NCBI GenBank assembly: GCA_963705165.1
Contig: CAVPJD010000031.1
Location: 1 to 64,000, forward strand
Direction of reading: 5' to 3'
Length of the DNA stretch: 64,000 nt
From: an uncultured delta proteobacterium
GTDB taxonomy: Bacteria; Desulfobacterota; Syntrophia; Syntrophales; UBA2192
This document shows, piece by piece, positions 63,067 to 64,000 of this stretch. Below the pieces are notes generated by a model. The model was not told where the DNA came from, searched no databases, and worked only from the letters and a program-made list of their open reading frames with translations. The position numbers and the translations under genes were made by a program. Within the stretch, counting starts at the first letter, position 1. Each line of letters opens with the position of its first letter.

Positions 63067-63657
63067 TTAAAGATGGTATTTCCTGACTACCGCCGACACA
63101 ATTCCCGCGATCTTCAGCTCCTCCCTCGCGCGGATGGGGGGATACTTCGGGTTGGCCGACTCCAGCACGACGGCGCCGCTTTTCGTCCGGGTGAAGTACT
63201 TCATGGTCCACTCGCCGTCCACCTGGGCCACGACCACGTCGCCCGCCCTGGGCTCTCTCCCCCGCTCGACAATCACGAGGTCTCCCGGCATGATCCCCTC
63301 GCCCGTCATGGAGTCGCCGCTTACCCGCAGCAGGAAGGACGCCTCGGGCTTCGTCACGAGGTACTCGTCGAGCGACACGAGGTCCCGCAGCTCCTCCTCG
63401 GAGGGCGTCGGGAACCCGGCCTGGATGGCGCCGACGAGCGGCAGGGCGAAGCCGCGCCGCACGGGCCGCAGGAGCCCCTTGCGGTCCTTCTCGAGGATGC
63501 CATCCCTCAGGAGCTTTCGCATCCAGAAGTGGACGACGCTCTTCGAGCGCACCCCCAGCAGCGGGAGCATCTCCGAGTAGGCCGGCATCCGCCGGTGGTC
63601 CCGGTAGAACCCGGCAAGCCTTCTCGATACGGTTTCAACGGTTCGCTTTTCCAGCAT
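63067..63657 (-). CDS. lexA: LexA-like S24 protein (HTH + UmuD-like peptidase domain)
   Basis: N-terminal winged HTH, A-G cleavage site QAGFP, GDSM Ser, TMK Lys. Confidence 0.8.
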   Translation of the reverse strand: MLEKRTVETVSRRLAGFYRDHRRMPAYSEMLPLLGVRSKSVVHFWMRKLLRDGILEKDRKGLLRPVRRGFALPLVGAIQAGFPTPSEEELRDLVSLDEYLVTKPEASFLLRVSGDSMTGEGIMPGDLVIVERGREPRAGDVVVAQVDGEWTMKYFTRTKSGAVVLESANPKYPPIRAREELKIAGIVSAVVRKYHL

Positions 63658-63705
63658 GAAAGAATACCTTTACCGCGCCTTATCTCTGCCTGCCCTTCTT
63701 CCATG

Positions 63706-64000
63706 TTATTGTCCCCCTCCCTTGATGGGAGGGGCCAGGGGAGGGTGAAATTCGTCCCCCTCTCCTCGATCCTCTCCCACCAAGGGAGAGGAAGCCAGAG
63801 ACGCAGGAGGGTGACCTATGACATTCCGCCGTATCACTTCCAAAATCCCCTCAGCATTCTCAAATACATCGTTGTTCCAGAGTCTCAGCACCCTGAAACC
63901 CTGGCTTCGAAGCCAGGCATCTCTTTCTGCATCACGCATACTGCCGGCGTGCTGCCCACCATCAAGTTCAATGACAAACTTCTTGTCAAAAGACACGAAA
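63706..64000 (-). CDS. DUF559 / Vsr-like endonuclease (C-terminal part, 5' end off window)
   Basis: VIELDGGQH, RDAERDAWL..QGFRVLRLWNNDV. Confidence 0.88.
   Translation of the reverse strand, partial: FVSFDKKFVIELDGGQHAGSMRDAERDAWLRSQGFRVLRLWNNDVFENAEGILEVIRRNVIGHPPASLASSPLVGEDRGEGDEFHPPLAPPIKGGGQ
63712..63793. repeat. Inverted pair of REP-like repeats forming the 3' end of the DUF559 gene
   Basis: TCCCCCTCCC-ttgat-GGGAGGGGCCAGGGGAGGGTGAA and TCCCCCTCTCCTCGATCCTCTCCC-accaa-GGGAGAGGAA. Confidence 0.8.

Overview
GC-rich bacterial chromosomal segment; gene content suggests an anaerobic deltaproteobacterium (Syntrophales-like), which is an inference. Housekeeping content: phoB-like regulator, radA, serC-serA-purA, tRNA-Lys, tRNA-Glu, lpdA, queC, a Ski2/HelY-like helicase, pgm and a lexA-dinB cassette. 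It also carries a type II secretion operon (gspF-G-H-I-J-K-L-M-N-C-exeA-TPR/GspB-like-D-E, no prepilin peptidase). Main points of interest: (1) a 2,115-bp element encoding only two overlapping, catalytically intact tyrosine recombinases, with perfect 14-bp terminal inverted repeats and 7-bp direct repeats; its predicted circle junction is a loxP-like symmetric site. (2) An IS481-family element inserted precisely into a REP-like palindrome. (3) A dispersed REP-like family with nested copies, one pair of which forms the 3' end of a DUF559 nuclease gene. (4) About ten inverted pairs of 7/8-mer tandem arrays at gene boundaries. (5) These repeats lie in frame in the cleavable leaders of GspI and GspJ. 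Also seen: a histidine kinase with a 432-bp PAS duplication and His->Gln at the phospho-acceptor, two candidate frameshifts, and small ORFs missed or mis-started in the ORF track. All calls come from motif recognition; no database searches were run.
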